From the NCBI RefSeq assembly GCF_001194135.2, contig NC_068982.1:51619591-51683590 (forward strand): 64,000 nucleotides of DNA, written 5' to 3'. This DNA is from Octopus bimaculoides (taxonomy: Eukaryota). The translations under genes were made by a program, and so were the position numbers. Numbering within the stretch: position 1 is the first letter of the stretch; each line of letters begins with the position of its first letter. Below are positions 12,481 to 26,085 of the stretch, piece by piece. The notes under the pieces were generated by a model. It ran no database searches, was not told the origin of the DNA, and worked only from the letters and a program-made list of their open reading frames with translations.

Positions 12481-13246
12481 GACTAACCATTCTTCTATCC
12501 CTAGTTTCCTCATTGACCACCAGATGAGGAATCGGGGGACCCTGTCAAAGGCTTTCTCCATGTCAACAAAAGCCAGGTACAGAGGTTTATCCTTGGTTAG
12601 GTATTTCTCTTGAAGCTGTCTTACCAGAAATATAGCATCAGTGGTGCTTTTCCCAGGCACGAACCCAAACTGCATCTCATCTAAACTGACTCGCTCCCTA
12701 AGTAGTTGGGCTATGACCCTCTCCGTAACTTTCATTACCTGATCTAACAGCTTGATACCTCTGTAATTATTTGTATCTAAAGCGTCACCTATTATACCTT
12801 TGTAGCAGTTGACTATGGTGCTGCTACACCAGTCATTGGGTATGACTCCTTCGTGTATCACCTGGTTAACAATACGGGTGACTAGGTTATAGCCGACACT
12901 GCCAGATATTTTGAGCATCTCTGTCTTCATACTCTTAATTGCTTTATCTACCAGGGTACTGTCAACTCTGATAGCTGGTCCCTCTGTTGGGTCGACATTC
13001 GGCAGACTCTCTTTCTCCCATTCATTTTCTTTATTGAGCAATCTTTCGTAGTGGCGTCTCCAAACCTCTTTCTTTGCAGCCTCGTTTAGTGCAAGCGTAC
13101 CATCATCTCTGTGAACACATTTCTCCCCCACGACATCACGATTCTCTCTCACACACTGTCTTGCAACATGAAATACCTCAAGGCTTTGGTCCTCACGGCG
13201 CAGAACATTGGCAAACTTTTTCTTAGCGCAGAACATTGGCAAACTT
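12481..13246 (-). mobile_element. RTE-clade LINE fragment (linker plus N-terminal half of the reverse transcriptase), young
   Basis: Stop-free frame with IPNDW..STIVNCYKG..GDA..NNYRGIKLL, QFGFVPGKSTTDAIFLVRQLQEKY and LAFVDMEKAFDRVPR. Homology ends at LGIEEWLV; the last ~50 aa of the ORF are read-through into flank. Confidence 0.95.
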
Positions 13247-13269
13247 GTATTTATATATATTTATTTTTC

Positions 13270-13640
13270 AATCTCATGCCCTTCACAATACTCTGTCACT
13301 TATATTATGGCATTTGATCCTCAAGGTTATGCCCTGCCTCTTGCCACTATCTATCTCTCTGTCTTCCTTTACTTAGGCATCTCATTTATACTCTGATGCC
13401 TGATATTTGGCCACCATCTCAATCTTTTGGTCTTCATTCTCTCTCTCTGTCCCTCTCCTGCACTTCTCTGACTGTGGTCCAGTATTTATTTCCTTTGCAG
13501 CATCACACCTGTTTCTGTCTTCATTCCCGGCTGGGAAAGCTTTTACTTTCTCTTTCAGTAAGTCACCTATATCTATCTTACTATAACCTTTTCATCATCA
13601 CCTCCTTCAATGCCTCCTTCCCTCTTAAAAGTTTTTGTCT
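13270..13640 (-). mobile_element. Older, heavily decayed LINE (RTE-like) 3' remnant
   Basis: Purine-rich minus strand with broken RTE C-terminal-like pieces. The same type of sequence is seen at 15410-15700 and 55000-55700. Confidence 0.45.
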
Positions 13641-13834
13641 TGCAAGTACTTGGTGACACTGTCAGTGCAGGTGCCACTTAAAAGCATCCAGTCCATACTG
13701 TAAAGTGGTTGGTGTTCAGAAGGACAACCAGCTGTAGAAACCTTTCCAAAACTGACCTCACCTGCGCTTGTGCTACATAAAAAAGCATTACTCACGTTGC
13801 CTGTGCTTGTGCTACATAAAAAGCACCAAGTCCA

Positions 13835-14185
13835 CATCTGCAACGTTTTTCTCAGTTCTACTAGTTGCAGCTCTTCCAGAATATTGATTGCTATCAATAT
13901 TTGTTCGGCTCATACACTCCTCTCCATACACTTTCTGCAACTTTGCTTAGGCCTCTGAGCTGGTATCACCAAGCTTTTGGCAAAATTTTATGCAGATTCA
14001 TGATCAATGCAATGATCACATGCTACACACATTCCTTCCAGGTACTGCTGCAAACAGCAGAAATGAGCTAGAACGTTAAAACTTAGTGGACATGCACAGC
14101 AGAATTCAAGGTCAATTTTTGCCAAGCAGCTTCACTCTACATGCTTTAGCTTCATTACAATGACAACAGTCCAGATTCTTATTAT
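13835..14185 (-). mobile_element. Mariner 5' fragment (same family as 48693)
   Basis: Reverse complement aligns to 48720-49090 (ttctgctgtgcatgtccactaagttttaacgttctagctc..gcaaagttgcagaaagtgtatggagag..gtatgagcc). Confidence 0.85.
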
Positions 14186-15194
14186 ATGGTATTTATCTAC
14201 CATATAAAAAAGTAAAGAAGGGCTATAAAACAAATGAGTGAACAAAATGTCATTGGCACATGCACACATGCAACACACGCATACAAACGACACTTCTCAT
14301 ATTTCATATTTGTATGCATGACATACATTCCATACTCACAAATCTCATTTATGCACTATCATTTCATATGTGTATATCTCATATATTCCCATTATATATC
14401 CATTTGTACTTCTTTCTTATCTTTCAGTTACCTTCTTTCTATTGTTCTGTTGTCAAATAAATTATACATTTTTTGTATTTGATGAGTTTTTAATATCAGT
14501 TTAAGTCTGAACCTCAACAAGCTCTGAATTTAGAATGTAGCCCTTCTTCTCTGAAGTCTTGAAAACATGAGGAAACATGGGTTATTAAACTAAAATAGCT
14601 AATCTTATTTCTGTTGCTGTTTTTTTCATCTTTCCTCATATTTGAGATATGCAAGTTCAACAGGAATACTAGAACTTAGCTTGCGTTTCATTAATATAAC
14701 ATTTCTCAGATAATGCGGGTTTTGAAATTTCAACTAAGAAAGGGCTCCTAATTGGTGGGAAATGGGAACTGAAAGAAAACCTGCTGTTTTATATACTTTT
14801 TTATCAATCACTCACAAGGCATTGGTTGGCCCAAAGTTATACTCAAAGTGTCACATAGACTGAACTCAAAATCCCATAGTTGCTAAGGGGACTTGTTAAC
14901 CACACACTCATGCGCTTTGTCTAGCCTTCTATTTATATTTCATTAATTTAGTGAACAGAAAATGTGAATAATTTTGGAGGAAAATTATACCAACATTATG
15001 TTCTATTTTACAAAAAGATATCTTGTCTATGTTTTCTTCCTTGTAATTTTCAGATAATTCATAGTACATCTAGAATGAGTTATTCTAGATTGCATTAAAT
15101 TTTATTTACAAGAAATCTCTGAACTGCTAAGGCATACCAAATAGGCATTAAACTTTTCCATCTGCAGTTAGTTAACAATTATTATTTCCTCTGT

Positions 15195-15700
15195 GACATA
15201 ACTTGTGCTGGAGGTGGTTCAAGTGTAGCTTCAATAAGAAATGGGTGGAGGAAGTTCTTAGTCTGATTGCTAAGAAAGATTTATCTTTGTGTCTATCTAC
15301 TGCCTGTATGTATGCCTCTGTCTGTCTGTCTGTGTATATATGTATGCACACATGTATGTAAGTGTCTCTTGCCTACACACACACATTCATACATTTAAGC
15401 AATGTAACTCTGCATGTAAGGCAGAGAGAAGCTCAAAGAGCTTAGAGAGCAACAGAGACTCACACCATTAATTGATGTAGGGAGGAGAAGGTGGTTTCCC
15501 TGGTATGGACATATGGTGCAAATAGCAGTACCTGCTGTGTTGGGGTGGGTCATGCACTGACAGTAGAAAAAAAACCAATGAATGAGCAGGAAGAAGTGGT
15601 GTGATCAAGGTCTTACAGATGAGATGACATAGTTTCAAGTGTTGTTACTGCTTTGCAGTATTTCACTCATACACTCATGATATCATGGGAAAATGGGCAT
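15195..15700 (+). mobile_element. Decayed RTE LINE 3' region interrupted by a simple repeat
   Basis: AGGGSSVASIRNGWRKF and RRRWFPWYGHMVQ resemble the RTE motifs GGG.S..V..RIR.GW.KF and RRLRWYGHV. Confidence 0.6.
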
Positions 15701-15857
15701 TAAACCCATTTCATACCAACCTGCCTGAGACTACCTCTGATACAAACTGTTTTGCTTTAAAATGATCCAAATTAAAAAAAACTTTCAAAATTTCATATTA
15801 GTTTATGGTCCAAATACCAGCTAAATAAGGACAAAGTTATTTCACTATATTACTCTT

Positions 15858-16230
15858 TACTCTTTACTCTTTTACTTGTTTCAGTCATTTGACTGCGGCC
15901 ATGCTGGAGCACCGCCTTTAGTCGAGAAAATCGACCCCAGGACTTATTCTTTGGAAGCCTAGTACTTTTTCTATTGGTCTCTTTTTGCCAAACCGCTAAG
16001 TTATGGGGACGTAAACACACCAGCATCGGTTGTCAAGCGATGGTGGGGGGACAAACACAGACACACAAACACACACGTATATATATATGTGTATATATAT
16101 ATACATATATACTACGGGCTTCTTTCAGTTTCCGTCTACCAAATCCACTCACAAGGCTTTGGTCGGCCCGAAGCTATAGAAGAAGACACTTGCCCAAGGT
16201 GTGACGCAGTGGGACTGAACCTGGAACCAT
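15858..16230 (-). mobile_element. SINE family A, young copy, 5' head truncated
   Basis: CpG-rich gtttcagtcatttgactgcggccatgctggagcaccgcc..cagtttccgtctaccaaatccactcacaaggctttggtcggccc..gggactgaacc. (TTTACTC)n tail. Confidence 0.95.
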
Positions 16231-17684
16231 CTTTATTATTTTCAAAATTATTTGAAGCAAAAGCTGTGTATTTCAATTAAAAAAAAATGAGTTTTGAATG
16301 GGTTATTAAATTTTTTAATAAAACTTTCTATGATATTATTAAATTAGTAAAATTATATTAGATTTTATTAGCACCAATCTTATTAGACTCCTGCTTCAGA
16401 TCCTCTCTGTGAGCCTGTTTCCTTTTCTTTCTCAAATTGGTACTTAAGCCTGATAAACGTTTATGCTGAAAATCTTAACTGTTAATTAACTCATAATTAA
16501 TAAATTAGTAACTTCACCAAAATACTTAATGAGAAATGTCTGTCTAAATTATTTAGACTCCCTAAATTGAAGTTATCTGCTTGAATATATGATCTTGTTA
16601 TTATCATTGTCATTTAATGTCTACTTTTCCATGTTTGCATGAGTCTGACAGAATTTGCCACATCAGATTTTCTATGTTTGGATACCCTTCTTTTTGCCAA
16701 GCCACACTTTTTTCCAACCAAACTAGTATTTCCTGATAGTCGGGTGTGTTTTTCACAAAAAACTGGATTCAAACAACATCACTTGTATGGTGATGAGGCC
16801 CTTTTACAATTATCATATGATATCAAGACAACGGTATATACATACACACATATATATGTCAGGTTTCTCCCAGTGTTTATCTGCCAAATCCATTCAAAAA
16901 GCTTTGATTGGCCCAAGGTTATAGTAAACACTTACTCAAGGTACTGCACAGTGGGACTGAACCTGAGATCACATGGTTGAGAAGCAAGCTTCTCAATGCA
17001 CTCAGCCACGAGATCATAGTTAAGCTATAAAACCAACTTAATCAAAGTTCCCATAAACTTTAAACACTAAAAATTCAACTGCTCTCATACTTTTTTTTTT
17101 GGTCTTGCTTTCATCCATTGGACTGCTGCCATGCTGAGGTATCATTTTCAAGAATTTTAGTCAATCATATGGACCCTAGCATTATATTAGGTTGCTACTT
17201 TGTCAATCCGTAGTTGTCAAATCACCGAGTCACACTTTCTTTAACATCAGTAAACATAAACAGACATGATGAACTTTTGCACAGTTTACATCTACAAAAT
17301 TCCACTGCTGAAGTATTGATCAACCTGAGACAACAGCAGACACTTGCTGCACATTGAAACCAAACCTTGAATCATGTGGTTGTGAAACAAACATTCTAAC
17401 CATATGATAATAAATTTTTGAAATTATAGGATATTTAATTAACCTTTTAATTACCATATTTCTTTAAAGAGTAAACTGGCTGTGCATTTCAATTTTCAAA
17501 AGATATATTTTGAGGGTTTTAATGAAATCATTTCTATTTTTATTTATTGGTATGTCCAGCTGGTGCTTAAACTATGACATTAAAAAAAGGTTCTTACATA
17601 ACACCATAATAAAAAAATTTTGCTCAGTTTATTATTCATATAATGATTAGATTAGGGTTGAGTTTTTAATTTAAATCTGCACTC

Positions 17685-17830
17685 TTTAATATGGTTTCAA
17701 ATTTTGCCACAAGGGCAGCAATTTTGGTTGAGGAGGTGAGTCAATTACACCAATTTTGGTACTTATTTTATCAACCCTGAAAGGATGAACAGCAAAGTCA
17801 ACCATAGCAGAATTTGAACTCAGAATATGG
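17685..17830 (-). mobile_element. SINE family B, partial
   Basis: ggtacttattttatcaaccctgaaaggatgaacagcaaagtcaacc..gcagaatttgaactcagaa. Confidence 0.8.
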
Positions 17831-17884
17831 CTACTTTGGAGTAGATTTTGTAACATGGAACCTAGAGCAGACTTGGACAGGTTA

Positions 17885-18302
17885 ATATTGAAAGGATTAA
17901 CACTTTTTTGCTTGTGGGGCAAAAAGCTTTCTTCCCAACCACATGGTTCCTTGATCAGACCCACTGCATGGCACCTTAGGCAATGTCTTCTACTATACCC
18001 TCAGGCCGACCAAAGCCTTGTGAGTGGATTTGGTAGATGGAAACTGAAAGAAGCCCATAAATATATATATATATGTATGCGTGTGTTGGTGTTTGTCCCC
18101 ACCACCATTGCTTGACAACCAATGCTGGTGTGTTTATGTCCCTGTAACGTAGCAGTTTGGCAAAAGAGACCGATAGAATAAGTACTAGGCTTACAAGGAA
18201 TAAGTAAGTCCTGGGGTCGATTTCTTCAACTAAAACCATTAAAGGTGGTGCTCCAGCATGGTCGCAGTCAAATGACTCAAACAAATAAGAAAATTAAAAG
18301 AA
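17885..18302 (+). mobile_element. SINE family A
   Basis: Collinear with 31919-32306 over the head, (TA)n and tail. Confidence 0.9.
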
Positions 18303-20236
18303 TAGTATTCTTAAAGTATATTTCATCTAATAAAATTGGTCTGTACTAAATATGCCTAAAAATTTAAATCAAATATTAGATCTCATTCTATATCATCTAT
18401 AAATCTGGCTTTTTTCTTTCTCAGATAATTATAAATCTTGTAGATTGAGGTGGCATTACAACACGGCCAGAGTCCAATGACTGAAACAAGTAGAGGATCA
18501 ATTATTACTTCCTTGGTTTGAAAACTAATGCTAAATGTGACATGATGCCTTGTAAAGACTCTTATAACATTTATAAAATTGTTGTCTATGTGTACACAAA
18601 ACAGCCCTAATTTTTCTCATAGGTTATTATTTAGAAAGGGCAGGTAGTACTTCTATACTGCATTGCAAGTGGGGTTAAGACAACTTCCTTTTTCATGTTA
18701 AAAACCAATTTAAATGCTCCTTTCTATCCCCCTTCAAACACATACACATACACACAGTCAGTCAATCACTATCTCTACCTCCCTCAGTTTGTTTTTCATT
18801 TGTCTCAGAGGCTAAAAGGTCTAGCTTACACAAGTGGAGTGAGAGGTATGTTTGTTTTCTTCTCTCAGCTAGGTAACTTCCTCCTGTTGCCGTTGTCACC
18901 AGCTGATGTCCAGGAAAAGGAAGCACTAAGTTTGTTTCCAACTTGGCCATCTGATCTCTGTTTCGGCTCTGTATTGCTTTTGTTGTTTTTAACCATCCCA
19001 TGTTGATTTTGGCTTTACACTCTCATATAAGCTTGTCATTTCAATCTGAAACCCTTATACTTTTTATTTATTTATTATTTACATACAAATCTTGCTTTTT
19101 TTTTGTTGTTTTGGTCTTTTCTTAACTTTTTGTCTTTTTTAAACTTTGTTATTTAGCTGCCACGTGGAAACCTTTTTCAAAATGTGTTTTGCAATCAATA
19201 TTCCTTTTTTTCATAATTTTGGTTAAATTATATTTACTGACAGCTAATTGTAGACAAGCTGTAAGCAAATAATAATTTAACCAAGCTTCACTATGGCTGT
19301 GCAGCTATGAAGTAGCATCATGACTCTTCTACTGCAGCTTTTAACTGACCAACTCCTTATGAGTGAAACTGGGAGATGAAAACTGTAGAAGTGATATATA
19401 GACATAGATAGATTCAAACACATGTGCATACACTCACTATATGTGTGTATCCTAGTCTTGCGGGATCATGGGTGCTAATTCCACATAAAAGCACCCATGC
19501 CGATGCCACATAAAAACACCTTTGCCAATGCCACATAGAAGTGCTAAGTACATTCTGTAAAGTGGTTGGCATTAGGAAGGACATCCAGCCATAGAAACCA
19601 CACCAAAACTGACAAACGGAGCCCAGGCAGCTCTCCAGCTTGCCAACTCATGTCAAACTATCCATCCTTTGCCAGCATGGAAACTGATATTAAAAGATGA
19701 TGATGATATACATTGTGTGTGTGTCTGTCTCTATATTTGTCTCTTCAAATGTACCATTTGGAAACTAGTGCTGTGTATTTTTCTTATAACTTAGTGGATT
19801 GGCAAATAGAGATCAATAAGTACCAGGCTTTAAATAAAGGGTACTGAGATCAGTATGATTTGACTAAAAACTAAAAGCGCTTAACTTTCTTTCAATATAT
19901 AAAATTTGTATTTGTAATATTGTGCTCTCATTAAACATATCCATGTAGCCAGTTGAACAACTTGTTGAAATCTAGTTGCTGAGACATCGTTTCTGAGGAT
20001 CATACTGTATGTTACAACATGCACTGGTTGATTCTACTGGGCCATTGCGACTTGGTCATACTCTCTTTCCTGGCCAGTCTTACTGTCTATGCATACCTGT
20101 TAATGTTTAGCCCTAGGCTGGCTCTGAGTAGATCCAAAAATCAAAGAAGATTCCACTCATAACCATCTCATCTGCCTTAATGTCTTTTGAGTGAAATTTG
20201 GTTGATGTAAACTGTTTGGAAGCCCATTATATACTC

Positions 20237-20274
<38 letters not shown>

Positions 20275-20559
20275 TGTGTGCCCGCCTCTGTGTGTGCCTT
20301 ACTTGATGAAAAAGTAAGGGTTGACTTCAAGGACATCTGACTGTAGCAGTATGATTCAGCGTTTCTCATGCAACTCATGCCAGCATAGAAAAATGGATGT
20401 AAAAACGATGATGATTTTGTATCAAATACAACAATGTAATTTTAGATACAACCTGTTTTAAGATGGTAGGATGTGATTTAAGGGAAATTTAGCTGCTATC
20501 TCTAGCTGGGGATCAACTAGATATAGGCTCCTATGTTGGCTGTAAATTCTGATAGTGGC

Positions 20560-21000
20560 TACAGCAGCGTGAGCTACAGCTATTGTTTCTCTCTGATTGT
20601 CAACAGTGGCATGTATTCCAACACAGTGTTCGGTGTTTACAAGGCTGTTGATGCTGCTTTATTTTATTGTGTATGTTTGATTATTTATTTATTTATTCTG
20701 CATTAATTGTTTGGACTTAGCAAGAGGGATCAGGTTTTCTGGAAGCTGTTGAAGTAGCATTCCTGTTTATTGTAGATGTGTGTGTTGTAGCAAAGATTGC
20801 AAAGTTAGGGTTCACTGCAACAAAAAATTGTAGTGTCTCAATTTTTAGTGTGCAGCCTGTGATGATGTAAAGTACACTGTTTTGAGTTATTTACAGTTTG
20901 TTGTGGTTTGTAATGAAGTGACTGGGCACCCAAGTAGAACTACCCCAATCTATAACACTGTGTAACACATTTTTTTGTCCCTGGGTAGCATCTGTTATTT
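20560..21000 (-). mobile_element. Highly decayed LINE 3' remnant (clade uncertain)
   Basis: Minus-strand pieces such as LQTT..IITGC resemble the post-RT region of LINE ORF2. Many stops. Confidence 0.3.
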
Positions 21001-21931
21001 CCTATTTGCTTAGCCCCAGAAAGTATGTAAAATGGCTAATATTTCCTTCAAACTTTGCTTTTGTATGTTTACTCAAACCCCAAAGAAACCTTCTAAACAC
21101 ATAGCTACGATGCTCCCCCACTACTCCTCCTCATGATCAGATGTGCACATATTGTCAGCCACTAAGGGACATGCTTAAGGTCAAGCAATTGACAAGCAAA
21201 TCTGTAGTATTGAGCAGAATATTTGCTATGATGATATTTCTGCTTCAGCAACTCAACACTGAATCTGTCTGAAATGTAATGGAAAATAGGTCAGTTTCAA
21301 AACATTGATGTCCAGGTCACAAAAGCAAGTTTGAAGGGAATAGTAGTCATTTTCTTTTGATTTCTAGATAAAAGCAAATAAGAATTAACACTTACTGGCC
21401 AAAGGAGAAAATAGATAAATAAATAAAAAATTTTGTTACACACACAGTGTAAGAGATCTATATCATATTATTTGTACACTAATGTTGTTTCTTCTTTGTT
21501 TGCAAAAATGTCGTAGCTATAAATGCTCAAGGTGTGTATGCACATTGTTTTTTCTTTGTTGTGGCATCTTATGTATGCCACAACAATGAATATTTATAAG
21601 TGTTGTATGTGATTCACAGTGTTTTATGTGTGTGTGGTGTGCTTATGTTGTCAAATGTGACAAGTGTTTTTGTTATATTTTTCCTTTAGTGATTCTGGTA
21701 AAGGAAACAGTGGATTAGGTAGATACTACAAGTCAGGTTTGTTGGCAGTTGGAGAAGCTAGTGGGGAAAGGTAGGAGGATGTGACTGCGATGTCATCTAC
21801 ATATGAGGTTGTATGTATGTTTTGTAAAAGTAATGTTAGTGTCATGCAGCCATGTCTAGAGAAAGGAAGAGGATGTTAATGTGTTATCATCTATGTACAA
21901 GGTTGTATGTAATTTTTGCAGCAGTATAGAG

Positions 21932-22273
21932 CAGGGTTTCTCAACGGTTTTTTTGATTTATAAACCCCTTTGATTACTATTTTATTCTGGTGGGCCACCA
22001 TATAGTCATTTGATGTTTAAAAACTAGTTTTATAGACAACTTCTTTCAAAATTCCTATTTGGTTTCTCACACCTTAACTTGTGTAGGTTGAACTATGTAA
22101 AATGTTAGTGAAAGAAACCTATCTGTTTCTTGCAATACATACACCTAAAGCAAAATTTTTTCACAGGCACTTAAAATACTTGTTGGTCTACAATTTACTA
22201 TTTTGTTGCGTAGATCCCACAAAATTTTATATGGACCCTCAGGGGCTATATGGACCCTGTTTGAGAAACTCTG
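21932..22273. mobile_element. hAT (Charlie-like) MITE
   Basis: TIR cagggtttctcaac / tttgagaaactctg. 8-bp TSD gtatagag (21924-21931) / gtataggg (22274-22281). Confidence 0.85.
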
Positions 22274-22899
22274 GTATAGGGTAATAAAAGTGAGAGGACT
22301 GATCATTGTAGTACTCCATTCAAGAAAGTTGCAAATTCTCAAAGTGGTGTTGTTTTACAGTATATAATCTTAGTAACCTGACTGGTAGTTTACCTACACC
22401 AGTATCATGTGTTAATTCTAAAGGAGATTCACACAGATGGATGATTAAATAATGAAAAAGGAAAATAAAGTATATTGGTATCAGTGGTGACAGGGTGTAG
22501 AGAAATGAGTGGAAAACAAGACTGATGTTAATAATTAAGATGCATTAGATTTATGAAAGTTAGTAGAGTGCAGTTTCAGGAAGAGTCTGCTATTGTTTCT
22601 AGTAAGGTGAATGACATTGTAGAATGTATGGGCAACCTTTTTTGAGAAGTGAGTAACATGAGATGCAGTTTGTCTTTAGGTGAGCTACATCACTTAACAA
22701 AAAAAAACAAAAAAACAAGGTAATTTTTTATTAGGCATATTGTTCAGAAAGTCTTGCAGGCCACAGGTTGTCTATGACTGGTGTAGACGCTCTCGCTCTC
22801 GTTAAACACTATGACCAGCTGATATGCTTGGATGTTAAATGGAGGAATATATTGTTAGCAGCAATGCAACAAGCAGACCTTGTCTACCAGAAAACACCT

Positions 22900-22944
22900 C
22901 ACACTCTCTTTCTCTATCTCTTTCTCTCTCTCTATCTATCTCTT

Positions 22945-22975
<31 letters not shown>

Positions 22976-23032
22976 ATTTCTTTCTCTCTCTCTTTCTCTT
23001 TTTCTCACTCTCTCTTTCTTTCTCTCTCTCTG
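22900..23032. repeat. (CT)n-rich compound microsatellite
   Basis: Direct inspection. Confidence 0.95.
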
Positions 23033-23817
23033 GTGAGTGGTTAGTGAAAGAGTCAGGAGGTCTACTGTCTCATTCATTACCTCTGAAAAGTGGTAGCAGA
23101 CAAAGATACTTGGAGGAGGGTGTGTGCTGAGAGGAAAAGCTGCCAGTGTTTCGGTTACATTTATAGATACACTTACATAAGCTTCATTATAATAAGGTTG
23201 AGTGAGTGGTTTTGATGGTTACAGATGTAGAACAAGCTCATTTTATTTTAATTCACAAAAGGAAAAGCAACTTAACCATCTTCTAAGAAACACTTTCTTA
23301 TATATTTTTTTAGTAGTTTGTTATTGGTGAAATTAACTTGTTCATATTTGAAAATGTCAAGTTAAAGCATAAGGCAAGTTAATACAAAAATTTAGTTAGG
23401 TAATAGGGAAGATTTTTGTGTGTCCTATTCTTAAATGGTCATAGTGGGAGGAAAATTAAAGAAAATTTGATTAAAAAAATATATATGTATATTTCTAACA
23501 TTTTAGCATTGGAATCATGGTGTCACTTTCATTTGGCTGACAAGTAATTAACCCTTTTTTCCCAAGCTTGACACCAAATGTTCTGCAAAAGTGTAATATA
23601 CAGATTTCAGGAAATCCATAAAATTACCAATAGCTTTCAAAATTGAAAATGTCAAAGATTTTTCCAATTTATTTTCTTTTGACATTTTTTTGTATTTTTT
23701 TAAAAATTACACTTTGTCATGATACTTTTTTAATTTTTTTATGAAGGATGTATTAAACATTAGTGTATTAATGGTATTCGTGACTGAATTTTCTCGATTT
23801 TGGCTTTTCATCTATAG

Positions 23818-23839
23818 AGTACTACCATGCAGCTTTGCT
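23818..23839 (+). CDS. Candidate 22-nt microexon
   Basis: tttggcttttcatctatag|AGTACTACCATGCAGCTTTGCT|gtaagt. Strong sites at both ends, all frames open. Confidence 0.25.
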
Positions 23840-23896
23840 GTAAGTAGGCAGTGAACCAGTAAGACACTTCTAAGATGGTGTAACAAATCAACTTCA

Positions 23897-23947
23897 CTAA
23901 TTGCTGATCCTTAGTTTATCTGCTGCATTAACTGATTCTTCTGTAAC
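23897..23947 (-). CDS. Candidate terminal exon (VTEESVNAADKLRISN*)
   Basis: Minus-strand acceptor aatactatttccag| followed by 16 codons and a stop. No homology recognised. Confidence 0.22.
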   Translation of the reverse strand, partial: VTEESVNAADKLRISN

Positions 23948-25439
23948 CTGGAAATAGTATTATTATTTCAAACATTTATTCAAATAAACCAGAAAATATC
24001 TTTTGATATTTTTTTACTGTTAAAGTGCAATCTTCAGTTTTTTTTAAAATTTACTAATAGCAGATTATTACAGGAATTCAATAGCAATATGTTAGATGGG
24101 TTGTTCAAGAAATTTTCTTAATTTATATTATAATGAGCAGTTTACTAAATATAGTGTCACTGTTTTCTGTACCATTTAATTATCCATTTTCAACCAATAT
24201 TAAAGTACACCAGTTAAGTGCTGAATCAGCTTATGTCTGCCTTGTATTGTCCTTGAATCTTACCTAATGTTAGCAACAGTTGCAAACTCAATGTAATTAT
24301 ACATTTAATGTGACTGAGTGGTGAATGTATTAATAAATTTAAAGACGATTCCATTGTTAAAACATGTGCTAATAATTAAAAAAGTTAAAACCAAATTATA
24401 TTGTGTAAGCAAAGATCTGTTTGCTGTTACGTTTAGACAATCAGCTGTGTTTATATAAAAATGGTTAAGTTAAACTCGAGTTAAAAAATAAGCTAATTAT
24501 AATAAACTTAAAACAGTATTATGTGAATTGTTTTTATTTCACTAGTGAATTATAGGTATTTTGTTGTATTACAGAAAAGTCCTCCATAGTTTTTAAAATT
24601 TCCTTTGATAATTATCAAAATGTTTTCTTTTGGTTCGAACTGTTTGATAATTAAATTCCTAATGAGAGAAATTTGTTATTTGAACTAAGTCTAATGGGGC
24701 AAGTACTGAGTGCATCATGCACTTAGCTGCTTTTATTAAAATCAACTTGAAGAACAGATAATTCTTTGAGCTGCATTACTTGCATCAACAGTAATGTAGA
24801 CACCACACAGTATGCAATATGACTTAATTTGTATGGTGGAGTGATGGGAAAACTTTTTTCTTACATCCTGTCTTGTCAGTAAAAGAAAAATATTTTTTGT
24901 AGTAACTGTCTGATAAAACAAAAATAAGCACATTACATAATTAAGTCTACAAATATAAAGAGTGAAATTCATTCCCAAACTTTTGAAGCGGGAAGATTTT
25001 TGTATTTAGGTAACATTGGTTAGTAAATAACTATCTATACAAACAAGAAAATATTTTCCCATATGATTTTTCTCTTGGAGTCTTCAACCTTGAAATCACT
25101 GCATATTTTTCTTGACTCGTTACTAGGACAAATTAAAGAAAATAGACGATTACAATTTGAACCATTTGCTATTTCCATAAATTTTCATTTATAATTTAAT
25201 GTTCATTTTTTCATATTTGTGTTATTTGACATGTTAACTTTCCATTTCAAAGTTACTTTACATGACTTAACTTTCGTGGGGTCTTATTTCTTCTAAATGC
25301 ACATTTGTATTATCAACACATAGTGTGTAGTGATATGTCTGAGACATAAATATTATCTACACCATACCTCCTAATTAATCCCTGGTCTACTTCCTCCATT
25401 TCCTGTCCTTTTTCATTATTTAATTATCCCATTATCTGT

Positions 25440-25840
25440 ATATGCTTCTGTCTCTAGATACCCATCTATGTCTTTGCTGTCTATCTGTTTGTCTATCCAA
25501 CTCTTGTTTGTCTGTCTATCTGTACATGTTGTGCTTCTCTATTCATATGTCTCTGTCTGTGTTTATCTCTCTCTCTCTCTCTCCCTCTCTCTGTCTATCT
25601 ATCTATCTATCTATCTATCTTCTCTATCTCTATTCATTTGTCTTTCTGTCCCTATTCATCTATCTGTTTGTCCCTCTGTCTGTCTGTTAGTCTTTATTCG
25701 TCTGGCTGTCCCTATCCCTCCGTCTGTCTGTCAGTCTCTAACTGTTGATCTGTCTGTCTGTCTCTATTCATCTATCTGTCTCTGTCCATCTGTCTCTATC
25801 TGTCCATCTGTCCATCTCTGTCTGTCTATTTGTTACTGTC
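25440..25840. repeat. Degenerate (TCTA/TCTG)n low-complexity tract
   Basis: Direct inspection. Confidence 0.95.
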
Positions 25841-25879
25841 TCAATACCCAGGACTCATAAGGCTGGTTATCCCATTTCC

Positions 25880-26085
25880 ATTGTGTATAAATGAATGAGA
25901 TCATAACACTTACCCTGAACAGGATGCCAGACAGAGTTACTCATTTACAGATGAGTGGACTGGAGCAAAACACTACATGTGAAATGAAATGTTTTGCTCA
26001 AGAACTCAACACACTACCTTGACGAGGAATAGAAACCACAACATTGCAATCATATGTGTAACACCCTAACCACTAGGCCATACAA
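25880..26085 (-). mobile_element. tRNA-derived SINE with a conserved central domain (V/CORE-superfamily-like), decayed
   Basis: gttactcatttacagatgagtggactggagcaa..gtgaaatgaaatgttttgctcaagaactcaac. Related copies at ~6040-6160, 27955-28170 and 57980-58150. The superfamily label is from memory. Confidence 0.7.

Noticed and set aside
22768-23130. ORFs rich in SL/RE repeats
   Set aside because: Translation of a (CT)n microsatellite.
25442-25860. 82- and 130-aa hydrophobic ORFs
   Set aside because: Low-complexity TCTA/TCTG tract.
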